DNA of 64,000 bases from Enoplolaimus lenunculus (taxonomy: Eukaryota), in the NCBI GenBank assembly GCA_030248215.1, contig JASANG010000611.1, positions 248,001-312,000 of the forward strand. The letters are read 5' to 3'. Below are positions 1 through 13,800 of the stretch, piece by piece. Below the pieces are notes generated by a model, which was given only the letters and a program-made list of their open reading frames with translations, ran no database searches and had not been told where the DNA came from. Within the stretch, counting starts at the first letter, position 1; each line of letters begins with the position of its first letter. The position numbers were made by a program, and so were the translations under genes.

Positions 1-794
1 TGTAAAGGTGACATGACTATGGTGCCGAAACGTTTTAGATGCCATGCTCAGCAGTCTTACGCTGACACTGACATATTAGTGATTCAAGCTAATTTTAGAA
101 AACGACAAAAATTTCTAACATTTGAAAAAATGTTCAAATCATTTAAGATATCAATAAAAATAAATTTTTCTCAAACTGTTATATTCAAAAATATCAGTTT
201 TTAGAAGAATTGTTTTCGTGCGTCGAGATTTAAAATATGCAAGATTTCGGCATGATGGCTACATTTGCATGAAACTGTTTGAGCAACAACTTTCAGCTGG
301 AACTTAGCGTGCGCAATATCACGACTACGGTGGAGCGAAGAATGATGCCGCCCCCGTAGTCATGTTTTTGCTCACAGGTATTAATAATATTTTCTACAGT
401 AAAATAAATGAACACTTTAAGAAAACTTTCCTTTCAACTCTAAATTTCTACTTGCCACCGCTCCAAAAGCAGTTGCTACTTGCAAGGCTATTAGAGCTTA
501 CGTCAACTGACTTTTGTACAAGTATTAAGCTTAAAGTATATACAAGTAAACACCATTATTTTAAGCATGCAGTTTAGATGCTGACAAAATTAGGTTTTTT
601 CTTGAGGACTACTTGGAAACGCTTTAATTCGTCAAAAATTACAAAATAATAAGTAAAAGTTGTAAATATCATACTGACAAAGTATTGCAGAGATGTGACG
701 GCATCGTTGAGCATAATAACTCATTATTTGCCAAAAAATTAATTCAAGCCAAAACACAGTTTGGGAGACAAACTCACAAAAACCTTTTGGTTAC

Positions 795-1917
795 CTTTTG
801 ATTCGGACGCCGCATATGCAGGATTTTGGTAGAAATTCTTCAAAAGTATGCTCTAAAAATACGGATGAAATTGCATGTTATTACGGTTTACTTATAAAAC
901 TGTTGATAACATTTCGATTTATTGCCTTGAGGAGCGTTCCGTATTTCAACGGAACTGCAATAGAATAGCCTTAGGCCTCAGAAAATTTTTGAATTGGTTT
1001 AGGTTTAGTGTTCATCTTATTTTTGCGCTGAATTTATACAAACAACCGCCAACAGGATAATGTATCGGAACTTGATTCCCACCTGTAGAATATAAACTCG
1101 GAATAATACAAAATTCGTTACGCTTTTGAGCTATATAAGAGATAACCATCAAGGTATAATAAGCCTGGCCACCGAATGTTGTAAAGCACATGGTAGTTTT
1201 GAAACAATACCAATATTAACGTACCTGACTATATGTCGGATAGTTGTGCTTTCTCGAACATTTATCACCATGTCGACATGCTCCAATTTTGACATAAAAC
1301 GAACAGTTGACTCTGATACAAAATTAATAAAAAAATAAAAAGTGCGTGTAATAATTTAACACTAGTCGTCCAACTTTGAGCAATGCACAAACGTGTTAAT
1401 GCAGAAAGATTTGTATGCAAAATTTTTAATTATAGAACAATCACGTCTATGTGCTAAGAAATGATTGTTGACAAAGTAAGCTGGAAAATTGCCCAAAATA
1501 TATACGTACGAGAGGCATTTCAGGTTTAGATATATAAATTTCGAAAAAAATATCTCGTACATAATTTAACATTTTAGAGGGGAGTGACACCGTAACAATC
1601 GGCTAATAAATTTTTACATTTTACCAGTTGTTAGCAAACTAATCACGCGTTTAAACTTAATCTGCTGAAATTTATGATGCTTCGTTCATTTAGCTTCAAC
1701 GGAAATTAAATTATTAACTGTAAGTTGTCTTATTATACCACCTAAAGTCAATCAGAATTAGTTACGCAAATTAAACAGTTAATTTTGCCAAAAATTACTA
1801 TTCTGGTTATGGTTTTAGCGCCGCAACCTTTACCCGGAACTTTTTGCATGATACTTTTCTAAGTTTTGCTTACTTGTCATTTTCAGTACCAAAGATCGAT
1901 GCTAAATAATCAGCCAT
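795..1917 (-). CDS. U2AF1: Splicing factor U2AF small subunit (U2AF35), first three coding exons; gene continues beyond the left edge
   Basis: Exons 1917-1874 ([15 protein letters not shown]), 1312-1225 ([33 protein letters not shown] zinc finger) and 852-795 ([19 protein letters not shown]) join in frame with GT-AG boundaries; matches the conserved U2AF35 N-terminus. Confidence 0.95.
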
Positions 1918-3907
1918 TTTACACCGCGGTCAGGATTAGTCGATAGTAACGGCATCGAGAACAGTATGCATTAATAGAACAACGTATCTGGCTCATTTGA
2001 ATAATTTACTAAACGTTTGTTCTAAAGAAGCGGAAGTACAAGCTTGAATTCAGTAACATCATTTAAGTTCGATTCTAGTGCTTTCTCTCAGATGGCTGTT
2101 TCCGGGAGATCGGGTTAGAGCGTCTGGTGGGATCAAAAATTATGCCATGCAGTTAAACTGATTAACTAATTTTGCCTGCGATTGCAATATTTAAGTACAA
2201 CTTCCTGCTCCAGTATACACAGGGAAACATCATGGAGCAACGGCAAGCATGGTGTACTACACTGACTCGAGAAACGGAAAAGATAATGAAAGTCGGGGGA
2301 TCTATTTTGTGTCAGAATCAATAGAAAATCATTATCCTGTATTCGACGAAGTATACGTATATTTTGAAAGTGACTTCTTAAGTAACAAAGTCTTCATTAG
2401 CTTTCGGGTCAGTCAATTAATAGCCGGGTCACTTTTTCTGAGCGACCAAACCTTGTAGCATCTATTGCCAGTCAGTAATAAGCTACAAAACCAGCGAACT
2501 ACAAAAGCGGTGGTCCAAAACTCCGCGCAGTGGCAACGTAGATCGAATCTAACAAATGTGCTAACTTTAATGCAGTGAATGCAACATCTGAACCTAAAAT
2601 CCACCTCAACATAGGACTAAAATCGACAGAAACCATAATATATCTTATGGTAGGCAACAACCCAAACACATAAGAACTACTGCTGCTAGGTACGACCAAA
2701 TGAAACAGCCTAAATAACAAAGCAAACCCAAGCAATACCCGGCATGTGTGTATACTAAAACGAGGCTATAGTAGTGTGTCTTCGGCTATAAAAGCGTGTA
2801 TTTGAATGGAAACACATGTGCAGCATATATTATTCGCTATGTTTTGTTCGGACTTTAGCCAAATTAAAATATTCTAAAAGGGGCCTGTTTAGCACAATTT
2901 TTGCGTTTAATTTTAGCTGCGATTGCAACTCACAAACTGTAGCGAACTGAGAATTGTCGATGAATAACGATAGCTTGTTTGTGTTTTGAAATTTTATTGT
3001 TGTTTCAGTGTTTTTTATAATTCGATGAGTTCGAGTTGCAACTACTTTCAGTCGAAGGCGGAAAAATTTTCATTTGGCTCAAAAATACAACTTTCTCTTT
3101 AATTAAGTGGTGCGGTGAAATACACCCACCTGGATTCGCCGCTGTTTGTTGATTTAGCCAAACGCTCTGATTTACGTTTTTTGCGCAGGAAAACGTAACT
3201 CTTCTAATGGGTGAAGTTTGTGGTCTTTTCTGTTATTCCCCCACTGCCGACGTCCACCAAAAAAGGTTGAAATAAGATTTAGAAATGTATTTTTGAACCT
3301 TAATTCCTTTCAATTTTCATAAATACTACGGTCGTGGCATAGCAAAGATTTTGAAATGGTTGCGTTGTCCAAACATTACGAAGGAGAAACTGCAAATGTT
3401 TTTGCTGCTACTCCAAGAAATCCGTAATTACGGGGGTGAAAACACGGTGCTACTTGTATTGTTATCCTAGCTAGACGCATGCTTGGTATACAAGATATAT
3501 TACGAACGAGTCTGAGTTACATTTTAGTGACGGTGACAGCGTAGTAGCCGGGACTCACAGCGTTTTGCCCCCGTCGGCGGCATTTGGAGCACTCGTGGCT
3601 CTGAAGGAAACTGCACAGAATTATATTTGGTGAAATATAAAAAATCGTGCTATGGTGGGTTTTATGTTTAGTTTTCTGTTCTGAACCTATTTAAAATTCA
3701 TGGGACCGGACCCGGCGGTTCAAACCCTGTTGTGTGGTGCTAGAGTTATTTTTTAAACTGGCTCAAATTGCCACATACAATTTTTGATCCAATTTACTTT
3801 CGATCTTCAACATTTAGCACATTTTATTACACCTGATTTATTCTGCCACTATCTATATATAACGTTAAATCATCAACTTGTGCCGGATATATAAATATCA
3901 GTCCCCT

Positions 3908-5047
3908 CTGGGTCCCAACGGCATTCGGATGCCAGATAAAATTCCGTTAAAATGTGGGATCTGATTCCGAATCCAACAAGCTGCTATTCCGATGCCAGTA
4001 TTCCGTTTGTTCAGCTATGGATTTTTAAGGTGATTAAGTTTAGATTTTACTGGTTGTTTCGTTCATTTGTACTTAATCTGTTTTTAGTAAGTAGCCTCAG
4101 TTATTACTTGAATGCATCTATAACAGAGCAAATTAATGCGCTGATTATGAAAATGTGACTGGCAAATTCTTTTTTTATAGCGACAAGAAATGATTTTAGC
4201 CACACAAATTTTTAAATATAGCTGCAATATATGGTTTAACAGTATCCTTTTTGCATTGACAACTCAGCGGCACTCCATAGAATTGGTTAATTTTTACAAC
4301 TCTGGGTTCTGATATTTATAATTATATAAGACTTCATATTTAAGATTTGAAATTCTAAAAACTGCTTAACTGCATTTAAAATTAAGGCCAAGCTGATCCA
4401 GTGCAATGGCGGGTCCACGGGGGGCACCCCGGCCGTGGCCCCCCAACAGCATCTCGACAAAAATTATATAGTGTCAATTGCTGTTCTACGCTGTTTATTT
4501 CTCTGTTTTATACACAATAGTATAAGCACGCTTTAAAGTTTCTTGGCCCTGGAGTCATTTATGCACTACAATGAGGGATAATAGACATTTATGGACTCTA
4601 AACAAATGTTTAAGAACTGTACTCGCTTACGGATTCTTATTAGAAATACGGACTCCTATTAATTGGGACTCAAAATGGAGACCCCCCTCTTATTTGGGTT
4701 ACTACAGTATGGGTCAAAAATAAGTTTATTACCTGTGAAATTTTGCCCTCCCCCATTTTGAGATCCTGGATCCGCCACTGATCCAGTGCTCTACGAAATG
4801 ACAAGCCTCGATTAAAATCAAGTTTCACAGCGTTTGCAGATCGCCGATATCGTCAGCTATGCAAGCAGTTTTTAATACTGAAACCGTGAACAATACACAC
4901 AGGCATACTGCAACAAAAGTCAAGTCTTGCGCTTTTATTTTTTAATAGAATGACTAAAACTTGAATTCCGATTCCGGTTGCGACAAAAAATATAATTCCG
5001 ATTCCGATTCCGCTTCCGACAAAATACAACTTCCGATTGGAACCCTG
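3908..5047. mobile_element. Non-autonomous hAT-like element, same family as 59628-61563
   Basis: Ends CTGGGTCCCAACGG ... CCGATTGGAACCCTG with ATTCCG subterminal repeats; 4862-4925 resembles 61384-61445. No TSD visible here. Confidence 0.6.
4404..4780. mobile_element. hAT-type MITE nested in the preceding element
   Basis: Imperfect TIRs CAATGGCGGGTCCA / TGGATCCGCCACTG, flanked by a perfect 8-bp TSD ATCCAGTG (4396-4403, 4781-4788). Confidence 0.8.
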
Positions 5048-6971
5048 GTATTTACACTGTCAGGCGAAGCGGCAATCCTTTGATGTGTGTTTGACAAATG
5101 TTAGATATATGTATAACAAACGCATAAAAACTTGTGATATTTGTTTGCTGTGTTATTTTTTTCTATATCAAAAACTTGCAATAAATTGTTGCTACATAAA
5201 AAACTATCCATAATCCAGGTTAAGCTGCAAAAATTTAAGTATAAAGTTCATTGATTGGAAAGCCCATTCAATGAACCAGCGAAAGTATGTGAAGCGTTCA
5301 CGTTGCGATGTCGGGCAGCTGGTTGGGTATTTTTCAGTGGTTGATCCAAACGCTCCAGAAGTGGGCTGTAGGTATGCGAAGCGAGCGAGGAGCCAAATGC
5401 AAATTTAGCACCATTAATCATAGCACAAACTTTTGGTTTTGATCTGTTTGGCGGGAGGGGCAGCCCTGTGTGGTCTTCCTTGGTGCGCCAGTAGTATTTT
5501 CATTCTATTGCTGCATTGATTTATTAAAATGTATTAATATACCTTTAAATTGTTTTTTCCAGCATGCTTAGCAATTATTTCGACACTTTAAGACTATAAA
5601 ACCGATACTTTAAAACTATAAAATTAATCACAATTTTAATTTTAATTACAGTTTTGAGTTCACATGGCGGATCGTTTTACCGGGGATCCAAGTATCCGAA
5701 TCATTCCCACGAAGATGCTGAGCAAGTTACATAGTCTTTGGTTCTTTGCTCTGGTAGCATACCGTTTCACTCAACTGTTGGGCAAATTATTCAATGACCC
5801 ATGATAGAAACCTGACAACTGGGTGAGAGTAAAACTTTGGCAGTTTAGACATTGTGAGGTCTAAGCTTTACGCGTTTAGGCCGAGGATCAATGCGCAGAC
5901 CTATACAATTATACACGGGCCGTTATATATCCGCGTTTACCCAACAATAATAGGATTTAAAAAGTTTATGCATATTTGAGTTTTTCATGACCTCTATGGA
6001 TCATTGCACACCTTAATTTGAATTTTTGAAAAGTTCTATTGTTTAAGGTACCAAGATCGCCCCTTGGCAACCTTAAAAATTTGTCAAAAAGTTAAACAAA
6101 TTATACATCATTCGACGCAAACTTACAGAGTTGAGTTGAATGGTTTTAAATTTCGCGCAATTCGGTGGCTGACTAACGATTTGTGGTTCAATACCTGATT
6201 TGGAGCGGTGCTAAATCGTTGGCAGCTCGCCAAATCAGCTATTTGACTGTAACTGGTTAACCAGACGTAGTCTGATTGTGAAAAGTTTAACACCAATTTT
6301 CTCAGCTTTGCAAGCTGCGTCGAATGATTTATAATTTGTCTATATCATTTTGTTCACTGAAATTTTGTAGCTCCTTCAATTTCCCTATACGTGATTAAAA
6401 TTTTGATTGAATCCACAAAACGTTTCAATTTCCCTTTTAAACTATTTTAATCTACGCAAATAGTAAATTGAAATAAAATTATCTTCTCAAATTACGATGT
6501 ATAATGTTAAAAAATTAATAGGTGAAGATTGAAAAGGTTCTAAATTTCAATTTCCCGTTTGTAGTGCTTTCCAAGCTCAAGTGGGCAATAGACGTCGCCA
6601 AAATTCACTCACGTGAAACACGATAAAATGGACGACGCATTGAAAATCGGATTTTTCAAAAATTTATAATTAAGAAAGAAGTGACCAGGGAAGGTCATGA
6701 TAAGCTCAAATATGCAAAAATTTCAAAATGGAACCATTTTTGGGCAAACGCTTCATAACGGAAAAGACCCAAATATCCAACATTTCTAAATAATAGATCG
6801 AAGTGTAAAGTATTAAACTAGTTGGTTTTATTGCGTATCTGGAGCTGTGTTTGCTGTTTGTTTTGATTAGCTTTGTTATCTCTAAAATACAACAAATTCC
6901 CAGCATTGACAGTTAATGTTTGAACTTCAACTGTTGAATGTACAACAGGGCCACGGGAGGAAAGATATATT

Positions 6972-7333
6972 CCCGAAAAACTAATTCTGAAGTCGGAAAA
7001 GGAGGTGAAAAATGTCTTTTTTTAGGTATTCAGTGTTTTACGACCTACTGCCAATCAGTCAAGGTAGGGACCGCTTGCGATTTCACTTTTTAACCAAGCA
7101 GCTCGAAAAACAGGTTACGGGTGATTTCGAACTAGCAACCTATGGATTCTTAGGCAGAAGCTCTAACACTACGCAACGCAGTGCCTTTCCAACTGCTTCT
7201 ATCGTGGGATATATGTCGACCGCGTGCTGCCGGCTAGAATACATACAGCATGCTGCATTATATTGCATGTGCGCACAACCGATCAGCATGTGTCACATGC
7301 TTACACCGCCTATGAGTAGAACTAGTTTTTCGG
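6972..7333. mobile_element. Probable MITE with an internal tRNA-like segment
   Basis: Inverted ends CCGAAAAACTAATTCT / AGAACTAGTTTTTCGG; minus strand ~7180-7120 has box A/B-like motifs (TAGTGTTAGAGC...TAGTTCGAAATC). Confidence 0.45.
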
Positions 7334-7820
7334 CAAAAAAGTCGAAGTGTTCCTTGAAGCCGAATTAACGTTTAGACCATGTGCTTAAAAGCCGCAATGC
7401 AAGTCAATTTAACGTCTCTGCGAAACCGCGTGAAGCATAAGCCTAAGCCTAAGCAAAAAAATGTAATCTAGACTGTAAGACTACTTTTTTTCACACCCAT
7501 GAGAAACTGGAACGGCCTTAAAAGTAACATAGGCCGCCTAAGTGTTAAACCTAAATGGGGGAAATGAGCCAGAGCCCGACTTTCTTAGGGCGTATGGAGG
7601 AATGACCCTTTGCTCATGCCTGACGTCTCCGATTGATGATAGTATTTCTATTTATAGTTTTTGTACATTTTCTGTGAGCAAAGTTGTTAAGTTTTTGCTG
7701 ACAGTAGTTTTTTCGGTTTTACAATAGTAAAACAAAGTTTGTTTCTTAACAAAAACTGTGTTTTCACAGTGCCTAACAAAATCGTATTATATACAGAATT
7801 TCAAAACAATTATAATTGTA

Positions 7821-10800
7821 ATGGATTGTACAGTACCACGTGCTGAACATCGCGAGCTTGCACATCAAGCTAGCAAAGTGATCAATGCTGGCGGCGCTGT
7901 GCTAGTGACTGGAGATGATTTTGAGTAAGTTTTTATGGCGGCGCGGCGTTTAGTTGACTTTTAGGGATGTAATTGTCGGTGGGCCTAGGGGTGGCAGCTT
8001 AAGAATCGTTTCTATGTTTTCATACAGCTAGTTTTTTAAGGAATGCAATATATGCATCGTTTTACAAGCAATAAGACTTTGAGAATAAACTGCATTATGG
8101 TCATGGAGGTATGATTTCCTTTTTAGTTTGCAGCAAACCTCTTTGCTGTTTGAGATATTTTAAAGACTCATAGGTCTTTGTTCAAATGTTGGTTTCTGCA
8201 GACTAGGCTCTTGTACACACTTTTCCATGCAACCCACAGTTTTGAAATTTTCCAGATTTTGACATAGCTTCGGATTAGGTCTAGACTACGTTAAGGCCAA
8301 GGCATAGGTTTGGGCTCAAGCTTGTGAGTGAAAAGGCATAAGTGCCTCAGACCATACCCGCTCTTTACTCTAATGATTTCTATTTCGGTGCTATACGAGT
8401 CGGTACTATGTGGTTGGTGAACAGTGCATATAGCGTGCTATTATTTAAACAGAATGAATATAAGTACTATATTAATGTGTCGTACGGTTGCTTAGCCCCG
8501 GACCTGTAGCCAAAAGATGTCAGGCGGGCTCAGCCCCGCCCTCCCAAAATCTTACCCCCTTAGAAAGGTGTCAGTTGCGCTTGTTAGTCATGGGAAATCC
8601 TTGAATGCCCCTCCTGTAAAACTTTTAGCCCCGTGTAGTATGTTGAACTAGCTACAGTCTTCTTAGCTTATTTAAACGCTCAAGAAAACAGCCAAATTGA
8701 AGATAAATTTGCAGTTTTACAATGCGTTCGACATACTGACGCGATTAGATCAAGCGAGGATTACAGATCATAGATAGTGGCTTAAGATATCAGAAATTTA
8801 TGCATATTTACTTTAAAAGCATATTAAATAACTACGCTAAGCAGGAAACAGATCTTTTTTCAAAATTTATAGAAACAGATTATAAAAATCACTTTTACAG
8901 GCTTTGCTGGATTCCAGATGTCAAAAAGTTACTTACAAGTTACACTCGCTCACAAATAATTTCTTGACATTAAGGTTATATATCCCGATGTGACACCGCT
9001 CGTGCATTTGAAGCAAAAGTACTCACTAAAAACTTAAACTTAAATTGTAGCTTAACTAAACTTGAATATCAGTTTATGCAAAACTTAAATGGCTGGACGG
9101 GACGGAATAACTAAACTAGAATTTTATGTTTTACTTAAACTAACGTGTTTTTAAGTTAACACGAGTTTAAGTAAACTTATTTTAAGATTAAGTATCAAGT
9201 GCAGCCGAGAAATTATGCGTATGAAAGAGTTCACTAAGTTTAGCTTAAACTAAAAATACGTAAGATTTTAAATTAGTTTAAGCGTAAACCTACCCGTTAG
9301 TTCAGTTATTCTAAAGAATAGTTTTAATTTAAGCTTTTAGGGAGTAACACAAGACTCACGAACATGGGGTATCAGTAGGTATATTTTGTTGCAGATATTT
9401 AGAAAAAACATTAAAAGAGCGACAATTGCATGCCGCATACTTACATCCACATCATGATTTAAAGCAAAGCTTGGAAGAACAAAAGTTAAACGAAAGGTGA
9501 GTTTTCGACGCAAATTTTTGTATTTTCGTTTGCACTTTTTTACCACCAAACGTGGTGTAATTTGATTTGCCAGCTTATTTTTTTCTTGATTTCAATATTT
9601 CACTTAGTTGAAAATTGAGTATTTGTTTGTTGTCTCCCACATTGGTGTTAATTTGTTAGCAAGCAAACGTTTCCACTCACATTATTGTTATTTTGTTAAG
9701 CTACATTACTGTTTATAATAATTTTGTTAAGCCTTTAAGTATGACGCCTAAACCAACCTTCCCTTAACCTTAACTTAAACCTAACCCTAAGCTAATTTCA
9801 TTAAACCAGTAACTATGTGTACGTGTACTTTTAATTGCACAGCGGAAGTTAGTTAACAAACTCATGAAAATCCTTAGACTATATTAGATATTAAAAGTGT
9901 CAATATGTTATTACCATTTATTTAGCACTTGGATCAAAAAAAGTGAAAGCATATATATATTAAGCTTGCGACCAGTGTAAACACGATGGTCGGCCCTTAT
10001 TTTGGAATATTTAGCTGTTTGAACTTCAGTAACAACTGCGGGCACGTAGCCAAGAGGGGTCGTGGAAAAATTTTGACCTCCCTAGAGAATTTTCAACCTT
10101 GCTTACGACTCGTTGAAAACCCTGAAATGCCCCTCTTGGAAACATTTTCACCCCCTTCCCCCAGCAAGGTGAGTTGACCACAGGCCTGAACAACTGGCAC
10201 CTATTCCTGTGTACATTTGAAAAGATAACTTTCACTGGCGGATCTAAGGACAACCACCGAGGCCTAGTTCCATAACAGGAATCCAAACGGAAGTTTCGTA
10301 TTAACGTTTAGCGATAGAATTCTGTTTGGCTTCTCGCAGGGTCCGCTCGCCAATTTTATTTCTACTATTAGACATCGCGTGTTTCGCCTTTTCAAAAATA
10401 TCTGAAAGACAACATTGAGTACAGGACTACACCGAAATTTATCAAACCCATAAAATTGTTTCAGATTCGATATGCTAATTTTCAATAATACACTGAGCAA
10501 AGTGCCTTTGGACAATCTTCACGGCATTATTACCGTATCGCTTGCAGCATTGAAAACCAATGGTTACATCCTGATACGAGAAGTGTTGAGTAAGAATGAT
10601 TTCAACTTGAGTTGAAAAACTATGCGAATTTTTTAGGGTTTAATTTTTGTTTAATTCTTTAACCACAACGTTTAATTCGCAAACATTCGAGCGCAAGATA
10701 TGCTATTTAAAATCGAAGGAAACCGGTGCAGAAATATGTCAACAAACCAAGCAAGCCATTCAAGGTGTAGCCAGGTTTTCATTCCGGGACGATAACTTTA

Positions 10801-13800
10801 TGTAGATAACAGGTGTGCAAGCTTTTAGGATTCCACAGATTTTTCGAGCATTCTATTTACTCTGCTAAAAATGGTGAGTCAAATTGACACTCTCCGAAAT
10901 AGGCTTTTCTGGACTACACAAACTGAGTTAAAATTTGATTATGACCGAGTGGAATTTGACTAAGTTTGTGCAGTCCGGAAAAGCTTATTTCGGAGAGTGC
11001 CAATTTGACTCACCTTTTTTGCAGTGTAGTGATGTTTCTTGTTTCTATAGCAATTTTGCGCCGGTATAAAAATAATCCATTACCCTATTTTGTAATATAC
11101 ACCCCCGTAGGTATTACAATATACGTATGGTTTTTTTATTTCCACTAGGTTACACCTTATACTTTCATTATCATAACGTTAAGTAACTAAATAATATTTC
11201 AGGTAATGATAGCAGCCTAGGTTTAGCGTATTATACGCACTTATTTGACGAATTTAGAAGTAAATCAGAAACGACGGGTCAATTGTTATGCTCGAAACTG
11301 TTATGGGGCAAATGCATGGGAGCCACAATTTATGTAAGAGCGATTAATCTCAGTGGTAAAATATATAAATTTCTATCGGAGTGAGCGCGATATTTCATGC
11401 TGATTAAATCACGTCAGCGCAGTGTGCGAAAAGCCAAACGCAATTTTAAAACTAAATAGCAAAATTTAGTTTTTGATTCCCATTGGATCCGCCAACGGTT
11501 GAACTAGCATTACATTGGTATATGATGTTGTTCAGCAGCTTACAAATCAATAAACAATTTTGCCAATATATTCTTCGCACCTTTATAGCAAATGCCCTTC
11601 AAAATTATTTCATTTCAGAGCTCAAACCAATGGAACGATTTCATTTGGCTTTTACAACGAATTTCCGGCACTGATTCAGTTGTCAATGGCGTACCTTCGA
11701 GTCAACTTTCATATCAAGCGTTTCTGGACGCGCAACAGTATTCGATACGTGGAGTTGATATTTATGAGTGGATATTTGGCGAAGGTTTTATTAGCCCAGG
11801 TGGTATTAGGCAAAACAGGGTAAGCAAGCGTGCTGTAAATTGAGCATCACGCAATCGCCGCTATTCACCATGCGGCATCTTACGCGAAGTGATGCTGTAC
11901 TTGTCATGTGTCGCCGTACGTCGCCATTCGAACCCTATAGTATGGTACGCGAGCAGTTCGCGTACCATAATGCATGGTGTCCAACGATAAGCGCCATTCT
12001 TAACCCTTTAACTCATATAGTATACTATGAGCAACTAAATACAAATGATATATGAGCAACACAGACACTGTGAGTAGTGTTTAATAATTGTAACATATAT
12101 GTGCAATGCAAAATCTCTACAAGACGTGAGAGCCCCCTCATGCTCGAGCGTCAAGCTCCTATAGCTGAGTGGTCATCGTAAACGCCTCACACCCGAGGGA
12201 CTGGGGACCTAATCTTACCTTGAAAGTGCATCTCATATGAAATTGAAAATATTCATGTGCGACAGGGTTAATCTTAGTATTTGTCTTGTCCATGTACAGA
12301 ATTGAACCCAAACTGTTTAGGCTTTGGTGCTATCGCGTTTGGTTGGTAGGATCATCAATTGTAAAAGTAGTTGTTCAGAAACCATGGAACTTTTTCGGTA
12401 GCGATGATGTCAAATGTTCTGAGTACCGCAACTGGGTGTAGCCAGGAGTTTTGTTGGAGCAAGTATAACTGCAAGTATTAAGATTACAATGCGAGCTTAG
12501 TAAGCAAAGATAATTTTTAAATTTTGAAAGTGATCGGTGCTAATTCTAGAACATATATGTGAGGCGTAATATGTGTAAGCTGCAGAATTCAGTTAAATGA
12601 CGTTTATTTTTTGTTTTGCCACAGAAATGCATCGAAATGATCGGATCAGTTGAACCTGGGCAAACAGTGCTTGATATTGGATCGGGCATAGGCGGAAATG
12701 CATTGATGATGGCTCAGGTTAGGCTTAAGCCATCATTTTTTGTATAGAGTGCGTAAAATATGTAAGCTATGGCCAATGTATAGAACAGATGGAGGAACAG
12801 TGGTATAAGTATATTCCTAAGCCTAAGTCTAAGTGTACGAATGTGCTTATACCTAAGCCTAAGCGTAAACCTTAGCTATAAAATTAGCCTAAAGCTTAAG
12901 CTTACTCTATTTTAGTCCGGTTGAATAACGTTCCGCCCCTGATTTTTACATGGACCCAAGTTATAAATGTTTAAACTCCACCATGAAAGAAACATTTAAG
13001 CTGTGTTGTGCGGTTGTGTGTTGCAGTAATCATGGTTACCAGTTGAATTACATGTCAGATGCAGATGAACAGGGTCTGGAGATGTAGAATATGGTATTAT
13101 TTCAAATTCGGAAACGAAGTGTTATGAATATTTTCAAGCGCCATAGTCTTAGGCTTAGGCTTAGGAATGTTTATACTACTGTTACGGTCGTTGCGGTTCG
13201 GTTCTATGCATTGGGCCAATTTCCTAACATAATTTCCGGCTTTGTCGCTAGTAAAGCACCGTGATAAATTCAATTTTTATAGTTTTTCAACGGTATAGAA
13301 ACGAACTCAATGTTAGCAAAATTTTGCATTACCTAATAAACCTCGAAGTGTACTTGGTTCTACTTTTAGTGATCCGAAAAAGAGATGTTACTGATATTTC
13401 TTTCGCCTCTCCAAAGGGTACCCCCTGTTATTCGGTTACAGACTGGTATTTGTTTTAACCCGCCCTCCACCGCCATTCTTTGCTCATATATATCCAGTAT
13501 TGTCATTACTATCCACTAAATTTAACGTTTCTTTGTCTTGTATTAAAATCTTGACCGATAACGCCAAGTTATACGCTGCAAAAAATGGTGAGTCAAATTG
13601 ACTCTCTAAGAAATAGGCTTTTCCTGACTGCACAAACTGAGTCGAATTGACTCTGGCGGAGTCGAATTTTGACTCAGTTTGTGTAGTCAGAAATAGCCTA
13701 GTTCGGAGAGTGTCAATTTGACTCACCATTTCTTGCAGTGTACTTAGGAATGTACTTTCAAAACTTAAGTATGCTTTAAAGTTTCTAACTCAACTTAGTG

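Noticed and set aside
2249..2735. Short ORFs upstream of U2AF1
   Set aside because: No recognisable domain or consistent splice pattern; may include an old LINE 3' end (GTTCTTATGT) but support is too weak.
7441..7455. True telomere or telomere-addition site
   Set aside because: Only 2-3 hexamers, degenerate and embedded in dispersed repeats.
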